In this document: piece by piece, positions 29,147-38,207 of the stretch
How positions within the stretch are numbered: the stretch's first letter is position 1
Layout of the letters: each line of letters begins with the position of its first letter
Origin: an uncultured virus (IMG/VR IMGVR_UViG_3300022198_000005)
Taxonomy: Duplodnaviria; Heunggongvirae; Uroviricota; Caudoviricetes
Direction: 5' to 3' (one strand)
DNA length: 64,000 bases
Virus record (IMG/VR): IMGVR_UViG_3300022198_000005
The notes under the pieces: model-generated
What the model was told of the DNA's origin: nothing
The model's input: the letters and a program-made list of their open reading frames with translations, nothing else
Databases searched by the model: none
Program-made: the position numbers and the translations under genes

Positions 29147-30064
29147 TTAATATGGATCACCAGAAAGTTTAACTGATGATGCCATCTTTTCTGACTCAAA
29201 CTTAAATCGAATCTTCATGATCTTCTTAGTTCCTGCTGTCACTCCGATCGATTCGTTTCCTACCTTCTCAAGCTTGATCTCATACTTAGACAGAGCACCA
29301 AGTTTTTCATTGTTGACAGGGTCCATGACCGCTGCAGCATAAGGCGCTTTACTTCCTTGTCCAGTTACCTTGATGTAAGGTGGATACAAGACCTCAGCGT
29401 CCATCCAATCAGAGAGCAAGTACTTCATCAGTTCAGGCTGCTTCATCTTACTCAGCCTTACCATCAACTCGTCTCGCATCGCAGCGAGTACTTGCTTACC
29501 AACTTCTTCTGTCTGTTGCTTGATCTGTGGGTTTGCACGGATGAATGCTTTCCTCTCGCTCGTGTTTGAAGGCAACGCGAGCTTATCGATCAAGCCTTTG
29601 ACTTGTGTATTATACTTATCTGCGAGGTTTAATCCTAACGCGCGATCTACTGTACCTATACCAGGATTCTTGAAGCCGATATCGCCTTTACCCTTTGTCG
29701 CTTTTGCAGAGAGTCCTAAGTAACCATTTGCAGGACCAGAGCTGAATAAGGCGAGGATGTCTGTAGGATTCTTACGACTATCAGCGTTAGGGTTCTTCGA
29801 AGCACGAGCCAATTCTCCAGGCCGTGCAGTCCACCATATTTGCTTTACATTACCACCATAACCGTTCTGTTTCGCCCACTTGACGAACGCCTGTGCCATC
29901 GCTTCAGCTTTACCAACAGCATCTTGTACTTCTTCAGGACGAGCTTGCTTCACGCGTGCATCGTACTGACGCTTTGCCTCAGGATCAAACCACTTACTGT
30001 TCGCAAGGAAATATCCAGTCATGATCTCGTTGATGTCAGAAAGGATGGTGTTTGCTGTCGCCAT
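29147..30064 (-). CDS. Restriction-endonuclease-like PD-(D/E)xK protein
   Basis: NE helix, NPTDIL...GLSAK...FKNPG. Confidence 0.55.
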   Translation of the reverse strand: MATANTILSDINEIMTGYFLANSKWFDPEAKRQYDARVKQARPEEVQDAVGKAEAMAQAFVKWAKQNGYGGNVKQIWWTARPGELARASKNPNADSRKNPTDILALFSSGPANGYLGLSAKATKGKGDIGFKNPGIGTVDRALGLNLADKYNTQVKGLIDKLALPSNTSERKAFIRANPQIKQQTEEVGKQVLAAMRDELMVRLSKMKQPELMKYLLSDWMDAEVLYPPYIKVTGQGSKAPYAAAVMDPVNNEKLGALSKYEIKLEKVGNESIGVTAGTKKIMKIRFKFESEKMASSVKLSGDPY

Positions 30065-31026
30065 TACTTACCTGAACCAATCTTTGTGTTGACTTGGATT
30101 CCAGCGAATGCGCCGTGTGTAGGACGATGCTCAACAGTGGCAAGGTGCTTGCCTTCATGATCGTACAGCTTGACCAAGTTACTGCCTTTCTCAGCTTTCG
30201 CTGTGAACTTGGTGCCCTTCTCGATCGAGACGGCGTGTGGCAACTGATGACTCGGGATTGACTTCTTTTTCTCGCCGTTGACATAGTCATACGGTACCGC
30301 AGGCTTCTCTGACTTCATGATGTACTTCAGATGCTTGCGCTGAGTCTCAAGATCAGCTGAGTTAAACTTCTCGACGTGGTGCTGAGCAGCTGCAGCCTTT
30401 GCTTGGTTGTTGATCTCTTTGATCTTTGGATCGTCACGCACGGCCTTGATATCGGCCTTTGACTTACCTTCGAGTCCAGCTTTCTTCATGTGGCTTTTCC
30501 ATATACCACCAAAGTCAGTATTCAAGCCATGCTCTTTTGACATCTGATCGACAGTGCCGATACCATTATTGCTTAGAGTACCTTGTGTGGCCTTCAACGA
30601 TGCACCATGCATCTTGCCACCTTTCGTCTTTACAAGGATGTCGTGGGGGTTTTGGATACGATCCGTCTTCTCGCCTACATGATCGTCAATGCCCTTTGAT
30701 GTATGATGCACTTCGTGCACATCATCAGGGTTGATCTTATGGTTATTCTGTAGGCTCTGGATGTATGTCTCAGCAGAGTTCTTTGCAGCTTCCATAGCTC
30801 TCTGCTGCAGGTGTTGAGGCAATCTGTTATGCGCCTCTTGTCCCTTCTTTTGGATCTCTGCGATCTTCTTAAGGTACTCAGGGTCATTATTCTTTCGAGC
30901 GCCTGTCATGTTATGCGTATGCATAGCAGTGGCTGTCTCATATGCGACACCAAAGTCCTCGTTATGGTTCTTCTTCTCTTCTGCTTCCTCTACGAGAGAG
31001 AAAAACCTCTTAAATTTTTGTATCAT
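30064..31026 (-). CDS. Restriction-endonuclease-like PD-(D/E)xK protein with capsid-targeting-like N-terminus
   Basis: MIQKFKRFFSLVEE; YE helix; NPHDILV...GASLK...LSNNG. Confidence 0.55.
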   Translation of the reverse strand: MIQKFKRFFSLVEEAEEKKNHNEDFGVAYETATAMHTHNMTGARKNNDPEYLKKIAEIQKKGQEAHNRLPQHLQQRAMEAAKNSAETYIQSLQNNHKINPDDVHEVHHTSKGIDDHVGEKTDRIQNPHDILVKTKGGKMHGASLKATQGTLSNNGIGTVDQMSKEHGLNTDFGGIWKSHMKKAGLEGKSKADIKAVRDDPKIKEINNQAKAAAAQHHVEKFNSADLETQRKHLKYIMKSEKPAVPYDYVNGEKKKSIPSHQLPHAVSIEKGTKFTAKAEKGSNLVKLYDHEGKHLATVEHRPTHGAFAGIQVNTKIGSGK

Positions 31027-31053
31027 ACGTAATAACTCCGTAGCAATTACGTA

Positions 31054-31061
31054 TATTTATA
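31054..31061 (-). promoter_or_regulatory. T4-type late promoter
   Basis: TATAAATA 27 nt upstream of the 31026 start, heading the head-protein block. Confidence 0.75.
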
Positions 31062-31066
31062 ATACT

Positions 31067-31375
31067 TTATCGATCGAACCTATCATACACATACACATCA
31101 GCTTGACGTGCATTCTTGATGCCATTGACTACGTTACCGCCCCAGTCGTATCCAGCAACGCGCTCTTTGCCGGTGACCCAATTACGTATGGCTTTTTTCT
31201 CAATAGGATCTCGTAAGGCCAGTCGAATGCGCTTAGGTGTTTTACTAAGCTTACGAAGCGCTTTATTTGCCTCACGCATAGCGATACGAGCTTGCTTTAG
31301 CCACATCATGTCATGCTCGTCAGACAAGTTGAGAGTTACAACGTAGGAAGTAGAATTGCGTTTTTTCGTAATCAT
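31067..31375 (-). CDS. Hypothetical protein
   Basis: AAGGAG SD before ATG 31375 (MITKKRNS...). Confidence 0.65.
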   Translation of the reverse strand: MITKKRNSTSYVVTLNLSDEHDMMWLKQARIAMREANKALRKLSKTPKRIRLALRDPIEKKAIRNWVTGKERVAGYDWGGNVVNGIKNARQADVYVYDRFDR

Positions 31376-31385
31376 TTCATGCTCC

Positions 31386-31562
31386 TTAAAAGAATACGAT
31401 ATGTGTTCGTGTGAACTCATTGAACTCTTCGGCCAAGAACTCATAGTGAGTACTATGCTCTTCGATGAAGTTTAAGGCGTCAATAGTACCTGTCCATCCA
31501 TACGCTGTATTCAGCGCGCGGACTTCGTCTGCTAATTGGGGAAATGCTTGGATCGGGTCCAT
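31386..31562 (-). CDS. Small acidic hypothetical protein (58 aa)
   Basis: Manually translated MDPIQAFPQLADE...; AAGGA upstream. Confidence 0.55.
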   Translation of the reverse strand: MDPIQAFPQLADEVRALNTAYGWTGTIDALNFIEEHSTHYEFLAEEFNEFTRTHIVFF

Positions 31563-31683
31563 TATTTAATCCTTTCAGTAATCATTGCAACAAACGCAAT
31601 AATCATGGCAGCAATTAACTGTCCAAGATTATTGGTGAACAAAGCCATCATCGCAAAGAAGATGGATATAGCATACATGAAAA

Positions 31684-31926
31684 TCATGCTGCCTCCTTCT
31701 TAGGCTGGACCCTTGTGCTATACCAGCTGTTACGCTGGATCTTGCGCTTGCAAGTCAGTATGACTTTGCGAAGGGCCCTAACTTCTTCGATGTTAGGGGC
31801 ATTGATACCGCCGTAAGCTTGAAGAGCCATAACAGCGGCATCTCGCATGACGTAGGTAGCAACTGCTTCTGAAGGCACCTTCCTCTCGAAGATGCCGCCA
31901 AGGGGCGAGGTATATAAGACGTTCAT
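31684..31926 (-). CDS. Early hypothetical protein
   Basis: AAGGAG SD; directly downstream of a promoter. Confidence 0.7.
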   Translation of the reverse strand: MNVLYTSPLGGIFERKVPSEAVATYVMRDAAVMALQAYGGINAPNIEEVRALRKVILTCKRKIQRNSWYSTRVQPKKEAA

Positions 31927-31957
31927 TTGCTTTCTCCTTTTTTGATTTGTTAGGTAG

Positions 31958-31986
31958 ATCTTACCCCATCCCCGTTCACATGTAAA
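31958..31986 (-). promoter_or_regulatory. Sigma70-like early promoter
   Basis: TTTACA-N17-TAAGAT. Confidence 0.7.
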
Positions 31987-32005
31987 TTAGTTAAAAGTTC
32001 TAATT
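31981..32005. repeat. 25-bp exact dispersed repeat, copy 1
   Basis: TGTAAATTAGTTAAAAGTTCTAATT identical to 57580-57604. Confidence 0.9.
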
Positions 32006-32168
32006 TCGAAAAAATAGAAAAAGGTTCTAATTTACCAGGGGCCCCGGCCGGGGTAGAAAAAAGTTCTAACTAGCCAGAGCTCCCAGGACCTCACAGGACA
32101 AGGGGCCCTTGTTGGCCTATTGGCCAGGGCCCCTTGGGACACGACCAGGAGCTCCTGGTCAGCTGACT

Positions 32169-33125
32169 TTATGCAGCTTCGGCCATCTCAATGGCACGGT
32201 TGAGGGCAAAGCGCTTGCGGTTCTGGTTGAAACCGTACCAGCTGCTGTACAACCGAGACTCAGGGGTCCTGCCTTGCAGGTGGTCAGTGGCGTATGTCAC
32301 TGAGTTAAAAGCTTGCCACCAAGAACCACGAGCGAACTCGGCGCCTGGTTGAGTCTCGAGGACCTCCAAGCACTCCTTCGCGTTACGAGACAAGGTTTCA
32401 ACAGAGAGCTCTTTGTCTTGCACACGTTTGTCCGAAGTGCGAGGAAAGACCTCGTTGTAGTACTGGATGAGGCTGTCCATGTTGAAGCGCTTGCTGCCAA
32501 GGAACTTGGCCATCTCTTTGTACATACCGAACTTCTCGTGAGCGATGCCAAGTTGCTCCTTGACCATCTCAGGGTTGAAATCAGAGCGATGACCAACACG
32601 GACACCTTTCTGTGCTGCACCGTCCAAGGCGAGCGTCAACGTGTTATTGCACACCACACGAATGGGGGTGAAACGAACGTCGATGGACTTGCCATACTCA
32701 TGAGGGTTGGAGAAGAGCAAGTAAGACTCGACCTCGTCACCTTTGAAGAGCTCAAAGGATTCCTTGACTTTGGCCAAGGCCCACACCATCTGACCGCCTT
32801 TGAGCGAACCAGCAGTGTGCATCTCCATGTCGCCTGCATAGACGTACTCAGAGAAGAACTCGAATGCTTGCTCGTTTTGGACTGGTTTCCAGCCAGGGCC
32901 AGTGTTGGTCAAGACCTTACCGTCTGTCGAACGGACGAGAGACTTGTCACCAGTTTTTTGGCGTTTGCCATTGAACTCAATGAAAGACTCGACCTCGACG
33001 ACTTCCCAGTCGACGCCAGCTTTCTTCATCATCTGTTGAGGAGAGAGGTCATTTGATACTGACTCGCCCAGGCCATGCCAAGGGGTTTCGCCAGCGTATG
33101 CCATCGTTTCAACTAAGTGTGCCAT
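32169..33125 (-). CDS. DUF932/DUF945-family phage/plasmid protein
   Basis: MAHLVETMAYAGETPWHGLG, PVQN, TAGSL, TPIRVVCNNT, WQAFNSVT. Confidence 0.85.
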   Translation of the reverse strand: MAHLVETMAYAGETPWHGLGESVSNDLSPQQMMKKAGVDWEVVEVESFIEFNGKRQKTGDKSLVRSTDGKVLTNTGPGWKPVQNEQAFEFFSEYVYAGDMEMHTAGSLKGGQMVWALAKVKESFELFKGDEVESYLLFSNPHEYGKSIDVRFTPIRVVCNNTLTLALDGAAQKGVRVGHRSDFNPEMVKEQLGIAHEKFGMYKEMAKFLGSKRFNMDSLIQYYNEVFPRTSDKRVQDKELSVETLSRNAKECLEVLETQPGAEFARGSWWQAFNSVTYATDHLQGRTPESRLYSSWYGFNQNRKRFALNRAIEMAEAA

Positions 33126-33154
33126 AATATACTCCTGTGTGAATTGGAAGTGTA

Positions 33155-33183
33155 ATTGTACCCTGATCGTGGGGAAATGTACA
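33155..33183 (-). promoter_or_regulatory. Sigma70-like early promoter
   Basis: TGTACA-N17-TACAAT. Confidence 0.75.
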
Positions 33184-33241
33184 TAGGTAGTCTACCTGGG
33201 CAGTAGACTATTTCACCAGGTGGAAAAGTAGAACTAAAGTT

Positions 33242-33982
33242 CTACTTTTTGTACTTGGAGTCGATATGAGACAGCCAACGGATGAGCTGCTCTTTATCTG
33301 CCTCAAACTCATCAGCGTTTGAGATGCGACTCCAGATGTCGCCATTATAGTTCGGCGGCTTGATTAAGTCATGATCTTGAATGATATCGAATGGTTCTTT
33401 ACCTAACATCTTAAAGAGGATCTTGTGATTGGTCTGCCATTGGTCGTAATAGATCGTCTTTGCTCCAGGCACAGAAGCTTTCAGCTGATAGTAAGATTCG
33501 AGTGAAGTGACAAAATCATCAAAGAGTGTGGCATCATACTTGATAGATTCAATGCTCTCTTCACCTGCATTTTGCACAGCACCACAGTAAGAGATGAACT
33601 GACGAAGCTTATTCCTTCTTTCAAGGAAGAGAGGTTCATAGTTCTGTACGATATAGTCCCACACATCTGGTTGCTGTACATCTTCTGGTAATACTCTGAA
33701 CGTATGCTGAGGGAATTGCTTTAAGACTTCTAACCGAGCAGTCCTCTCTTCTTCCTTCGTGCCTTTCCAGTACTTAGTCTTACGCTTATTACTGAGACGC
33801 TGCAAAGTCAACTTACCATCGTTCTCATAAAGTTTCCACTTATAAGGTGCAATGTTATTGACGTTGAACAGGAATCCAAGGTCATTCTTGGAACCATAAT
33901 AAGTCTCGGCGATATGAGACAGGTCATAACCGATAGGAGTAGCTCCAGTGCGAGCAGTCGTAACGATGACAGGGATCTTCAT
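33242..33982 (-). CDS. Sulfotransferase-like protein (Stf0-like)
   Basis: VTTARTGAT (5'-PSB-like loop), LFLERRNKLRQFISY (3'-PB-like), IYYD. Confidence 0.6.
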   Translation of the reverse strand: MKIPVIVTTARTGATPIGYDLSHIAETYYGSKNDLGFLFNVNNIAPYKWKLYENDGKLTLQRLSNKRKTKYWKGTKEEERTARLEVLKQFPQHTFRVLPEDVQQPDVWDYIVQNYEPLFLERRNKLRQFISYCGAVQNAGEESIESIKYDATLFDDFVTSLESYYQLKASVPGAKTIYYDQWQTNHKILFKMLGKEPFDIIQDHDLIKPPNYNGDIWSRISNADEFEADKEQLIRWLSHIDSKYKK

Positions 33983-33990
33983 AGTTCGTG

Positions 33991-34024
33991 TATAGATAAG
34001 AGTGTAACCATTCTTTTATTTATA
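33991..34024. promoter_or_regulatory. Overlapping divergent late-type promoters
   Basis: TATAGATA on plus (33991-33998) and TATAAATA on minus (34017-34024). Confidence 0.5.
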
Positions 34025-34034
34025 TAGGTGAATC

Positions 34035-35081
34035 ATGAAAGATAAGATTGTTATTGTTGATATGGCAACTTTGGATCCGATTACAGAAAACGAGGTAGCT
34101 GATAACCGGTTCGGTGGATGGATGTACGCAGCAGGAAATCTGCTCTTTGAACAGATGGCTTCTAAACCACTAGAATCCATGAACAAGACAGTGCTTCAAG
34201 CTGTAGACACCTTTGTATTTTCATCTCTAAGTTGGGATCCAGAATACAAACAACGGGCTTTTCAAGGGAAGATTAGGCCTGACTCCATCCTTAAAGGAAT
34301 GGGAGTCAACGCGATGGTTGAGGTTACCAAGTTCCTTCGAAAAGAAGTGGACATGTTTAGTTTAAACTACATGTGCGCCACTGGTTTAAAAGCCATCGAG
34401 TTAGGTAGGTTACTGATCGAAGCCCAAGATCAAGTAGTCCTCGTCGGTTGTATTGATGATCCTATCGTTGAGATCGAGATCAAAGCTGCGATGGCAACTC
34501 GAGCCATTAGTGTAGACGATACTTATTATGGGCCTTTCGATAAGAAGAGGAGCGGGTTTGCTGCAGGTCGTTCTGCTTCTTATGTCGCGATATGTAGCGA
34601 GAAGAAAGCAAAAGAGCTTGGGGTAGATCCGATCGCTGTGATTGAAGACGTACGATCAGCCACAAAAGGCATCGCTCGTACACAGCCATCTGATGCTGAC
34701 TTCTTGTGTCAACTTGTAGACTCAGTCGTAAAAGACTGGGATAGCATTGGTCATTGGAATGCTCATGCTACAGCAACTCCTGTAGGAGACGTGATCGAAT
34801 ATGATATGTTTAAACGGAGTGTAGGCAATCGCGATATCCCAATCTCGAGCTTGAAAGGTCGTATTGGACATACGATGTCAAACTCGGGTCTCTGTGAGAT
34901 GATTCATGGTATCATGTCTTTTCAACAGAAAAAGGTCTTTAAGACGCACAACCTCGTAGACCCATTCGTCGATGATCCTCGCATTATCATGGAAGACGTA
35001 AGCACCACGAAAGATACGTTTCTGAAGTGTTCATTCGGTTTCTCAGGTAAAAACTCTGTGGTATTAGTAAAATGTCTGTAA
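34035..35081 (+). CDS. Beta-ketoacyl synthase (FabB/FabF-like), shortened N-terminal domain
   Basis: Cys-His-His triad: YMCATG, NAHATATPVGD, KGRIGH; GPFDKKRSGF; SFGFSGKN. Confidence 0.85.
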   Translation: MKDKIVIVDMATLDPITENEVADNRFGGWMYAAGNLLFEQMASKPLESMNKTVLQAVDTFVFSSLSWDPEYKQRAFQGKIRPDSILKGMGVNAMVEVTKFLRKEVDMFSLNYMCATGLKAIELGRLLIEAQDQVVLVGCIDDPIVEIEIKAAMATRAISVDDTYYGPFDKKRSGFAAGRSASYVAICSEKKAKELGVDPIAVIEDVRSATKGIARTQPSDADFLCQLVDSVVKDWDSIGHWNAHATATPVGDVIEYDMFKRSVGNRDIPISSLKGRIGHTMSNSGLCEMIHGIMSFQQKKVFKTHNLVDPFVDDPRIIMEDVSTTKDTFLKCSFGFSGKNSVVLVKCL

Positions 35082-35626
35082 CAAAGATCGGCGAAGTCGA
35101 TTTAGAACGAGTAAAGAACGAGCTGTTCAAGCATGAAGTGCTACGTAATTTAGAAAAGCATAGTTCTAATCAAGAGCAGCACTTAAAATATAACCTACAA
35201 CGTAGAAGTAAGACTTCAGACTTTTCTACTACTGGTAAGTCTCTATGGGCAACTAACCCTGAAGGAAATGACTTTTTACCTTATGATCCCGACTACACTG
35301 AGAACTTATATCGTAGCGAGATGCCTTATGTGTACTTGCTCATTGAAGAGTTTAACCTATGCCGAACTCGAGTATTAACACTTCAACCTAGTACAAACTA
35401 TTCATTTCATCAAGACTTAACTAAACGAATACACATACCAATAATTTCAAACGAACATTGTGTATTCATTATAGATGATAAGGTATGGAGACTTCCAGCA
35501 GATGGATCGGTTTATTTAGTTGATACCACTCTACTACATACTGCTATCAATGGCAATATGAGAAAGTTTAATCGTATGCACTTAGTCGGTTCGATCGAGT
35601 CTGACGTGCAAGACGAAGAAGAATAA
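35072..35626 (+). CDS. Aspartyl/asparaginyl beta-hydroxylase-like 2OG-Fe(II) oxygenase
   Basis: FHQD..KRIHIPI...DGSVYLVDTTLLHTA.N...RMHLV. Confidence 0.75.
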   Translation: MSVTKIGEVDLERVKNELFKHEVLRNLEKHSSNQEQHLKYNLQRRSKTSDFSTTGKSLWATNPEGNDFLPYDPDYTENLYRSEMPYVYLLIEEFNLCRTRVLTLQPSTNYSFHQDLTKRIHIPIISNEHCVFIIDDKVWRLPADGSVYLVDTTLLHTAINGNMRKFNRMHLVGSIESDVQDEEE

Positions 35627-36374
35627 GTGTATTGATTACATATTTGCCTGGATCAAACTGCCACCACTTCTTACCGATACGATAGTTACCAGGATCAGCA
35701 TGATGGTTATTATGCCATCCTTCTCCGAAAGTAAAGTATGACCACCACCATACGTTGTGAGAAGAATCTTTTGTATAAGACCTCTTATTGCTACCAAAGA
35801 TAGCAGCATGATCTATCCAGTTACTCATACGAGATGCTATAGTGTTAAAGAACACTGGTATGAAGAATAAATGAATCGCGTATAGCGGGTCGATCAAAGA
35901 TAATAAGATAGGTACTGCTAACACGATAGCGGTATAGTATCGATGCATGAACCTATGAAATGGATCTGTGACGATGTCCTTCACATCCCACTTATTGAAC
36001 TCTGCGCTGTAGTCCCCGATGATGGCACCGATAGGACCAAGCACCGTTGGAGAGTGTGGGTCTCCTGGTTTATCTGCATATCTGTGGTGTCTACGATGCA
36101 CGAACGTCCATCCTAAAGAACTGCCAGTGCAACCCAAGTTACCAAACAGAGAGAACAAGTATTCTACTGGCTTTGCAAGTTTATATGAGCGATGAGCGAG
36201 TAGTCTATGAAACGTAACGGTGATACCAAGACACGTGATCAAGAAGTAGCCGCATAAAGATAGCATCCAGAGCTCCATGCTACTCTGATGCGCCAAAGCA
36301 TAGACGAAAGCCATCGCACTGACGAGTTGAATCGCAATGAAGAATGTATTCGACGGGAGTAGGTATCTCTGCAT
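35568..36374 (-). CDS. Membrane fatty acid desaturase (delta-9/DesC type) #1
   Basis: HRLLAH, HRRHH, DPHSP, GEGWHNNHH. Confidence 0.92.
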   Translation of the reverse strand: MQRYLLPSNTFFIAIQLVSAMAFVYALAHQSSMELWMLSLCGYFLITCLGITVTFHRLLAHRSYKLAKPVEYLFSLFGNLGCTGSSLGWTFVHRRHHRYADKPGDPHSPTVLGPIGAIIGDYSAEFNKWDVKDIVTDPFHRFMHRYYTAIVLAVPILLSLIDPLYAIHLFFIPVFFNTIASRMSNWIDHAAIFGSNKRSYTKDSSHNVWWWSYFTFGEGWHNNHHADPGNYRIGKKWWQFDPGKYVINTLILLRLARQTRSNRLSAYD

Positions 36375-36378
36375 ATCA

Positions 36379-37113
36379 CTATTTATCAGTTCTCACTAAA
36401 TTTATTAACCAAAATCCTGGATCAAACTTTCCTTTTTTAAACTGTGGATCGTTTGGGTATTGATGATGATACCCATGCCATCCGTCTCCAAAGCTGATGA
36501 GTATGATGAACCAATTGTCGCATGCTCTGTTTTCTGGATCTTTCCCTTTGTGACAGAACGTATTACCTAAGCTAACTGTCATGTAGCTCAGTGCACCAGG
36601 TGCAACGACTGTAGCGATGGACCACTGCAAGCCAAAGAGGAGTGTGACTACGACAAATGTCCCAAGGACGATCGCGAGGTAGTATTGATGTATGAACGTA
36701 TGGAACGGATCACGCATCATGTCTTTCACGAGCTTATAGTTAACTTCACCTTTCCATGCTAGCATAGGGAAGTACTGCTGCCACCAGTTGTTGATCCATG
36801 GAGAATGAGGGTCACCTTCTCGATCAGGATACTTATGATGTTGACGATGCCATAACACTCGAGTAATACTCGAGCCAGTAAAACTAAACACTCCTAAGAG
36901 TGTACCAAACATCTCAAACCAGCGAGGAGCTTGCCATGAACGATGAGCAAGTAGTCTATGATAAGTGACAGTCCCAGCGACAAAGATGTTCAAGCAGTGA
37001 AGGGCTAACATCACTGCTATCTGCGACCAAGTCCCAAAGATCAACGTATAGAGTAACGCAAGGTGAGACACTATCACAAGGGCAAAGTATCTGTACCTCG
37101 TCGTCATCCACAT
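36379..37113 (-). CDS. Membrane fatty acid desaturase #2
   Basis: HRLLAH, HRQHH, DPHSP, GDGWHGYHH. Confidence 0.9.
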   Translation of the reverse strand: MWMTTRYRYFALVIVSHLALLYTLIFGTWSQIAVMLALHCLNIFVAGTVTYHRLLAHRSWQAPRWFEMFGTLLGVFSFTGSSITRVLWHRQHHKYPDREGDPHSPWINNWWQQYFPMLAWKGEVNYKLVKDMMRDPFHTFIHQYYLAIVLGTFVVVTLLFGLQWSIATVVAPGALSYMTVSLGNTFCHKGKDPENRACDNWFIILISFGDGWHGYHHQYPNDPQFKKGKFDPGFWLINLVRTDK

Positions 37114-38171
37114 CAGTAACTCCTACTAAACTTCACTTGCTTATTAAACTCTTCTCTTGACAAGAACTTATCTTGCTTGATGATACCAGGTTTTGCAAAC
37201 CCAATGTTCTGTAAACCTTGAGTTCCTTTATGTAGCAGGTTGTCAAAGTTACAAGTCTGTCTAATCAAGACTCTCTTACTGCAATCTTTTGTAGGACGTC
37301 GATGTACGGTAATGGTTTGATCCATCCATACCATGTCTCCGTCTTTCCAGTCATGATGGTACATGTACTCATCACGCAAGAACTTATTTAAGATCCAGTT
37401 GGTGATGTCCTGTGACTCCTCTTCGTTATACCCTTTGTAGCCCACTACAGTATTATAGCTAAGACGAATGCCGCGCCTTCCGGTTGTACTTGAGCAAGTC
37501 ACAGGTACCTCACTCTGGTCAATCGGACACATGTTCATGCGTACGATGTTATCTTGTTCTTTATTCAGCCCAGGAGCGATCTTACCTGTCGTATAGCTAT
37601 GTATAGCGATTAGATTTTCTAACCACTTTTGATCGTCTTTTCCTAAAGACTCAAACGCATCGTGCGTCTGTAAGAACTCTGTACATGTGCCTTCTGTACC
37701 AGATACCGCCATCAGCCCGATACATGGACAGAAGTTACCAGTGCCTTGGCGATCTGAGTGCCAATCAAGTTCACCATCAGCAAACATACCTAAGTAGTCG
37801 CCTTCATCGTCTTTCTTTCCAGTGACCCAGATCTGGCCATCGTGCTCTTCAAGTCCTTTACGGATCTTACGCATGTTCTTCAACACTGACAAGTCTTCAC
37901 GCGTCAATAAACCAGCACTCTTCTTTTCTTCGACGAGTGCATATACGCTTTGCTTGGTATCAATCCCGCCAAAAGGATCACCAAACCGCTTGGCGATATA
38001 GTTGAGTCGTGGAGCAGGGAGTGTACAGTTTTTACTATCGATCACCACGACAAGTTGATCAGCGATGACTCTACCAACCTCATCGATCTCTTCGTCTGAT
38101 GCCGTCTTTAAGTCTACGTCTTCTATCTCGACACCAAGTGTACCGAAACCATTAAGCTTCTTTAGGTTCAT
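37113..38171 (-). CDS. TauD/TfdA-family 2OG-Fe(II) dioxygenase
   Basis: LGVEIEDVDL, WHSD, TEF, WKDGDMVWMDQTITVHRR, R; start set at ATG 38171 after GAGG. Confidence 0.85.
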   Translation of the reverse strand: MNLKKLNGFGTLGVEIEDVDLKTASDEEIDEVGRVIADQLVVVIDSKNCTLPAPRLNYIAKRFGDPFGGIDTKQSVYALVEEKKSAGLLTREDLSVLKNMRKIRKGLEEHDGQIWVTGKKDDEGDYLGMFADGELDWHSDRQGTGNFCPCIGLMAVSGTEGTCTEFLQTHDAFESLGKDDQKWLENLIAIHSYTTGKIAPGLNKEQDNIVRMNMCPIDQSEVPVTCSSTTGRRGIRLSYNTVVGYKGYNEEESQDITNWILNKFLRDEYMYHHDWKDGDMVWMDQTITVHRRPTKDCSKRVLIRQTCNFDNLLHKGTQGLQNIGFAKPGIIKQDKFLSREEFNKQVKFSRSY

Positions 38172-38207
38172 TTTCTTCCTCAAGTAGATTTGCATCTTCT
38201 TCTGTGT

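Noticed and set aside
32313..33056. 247-aa plus-strand ORF
   Set aside because: Antisense shadow of the strongly codon-biased DUF932 gene; no SD or recognisable motifs
33231..33242. Gram-positive LexA box GAAC-N4-GTTC
   Set aside because: Single occurrence inside a longer palindrome, and the host is Gram-negative (spanins)
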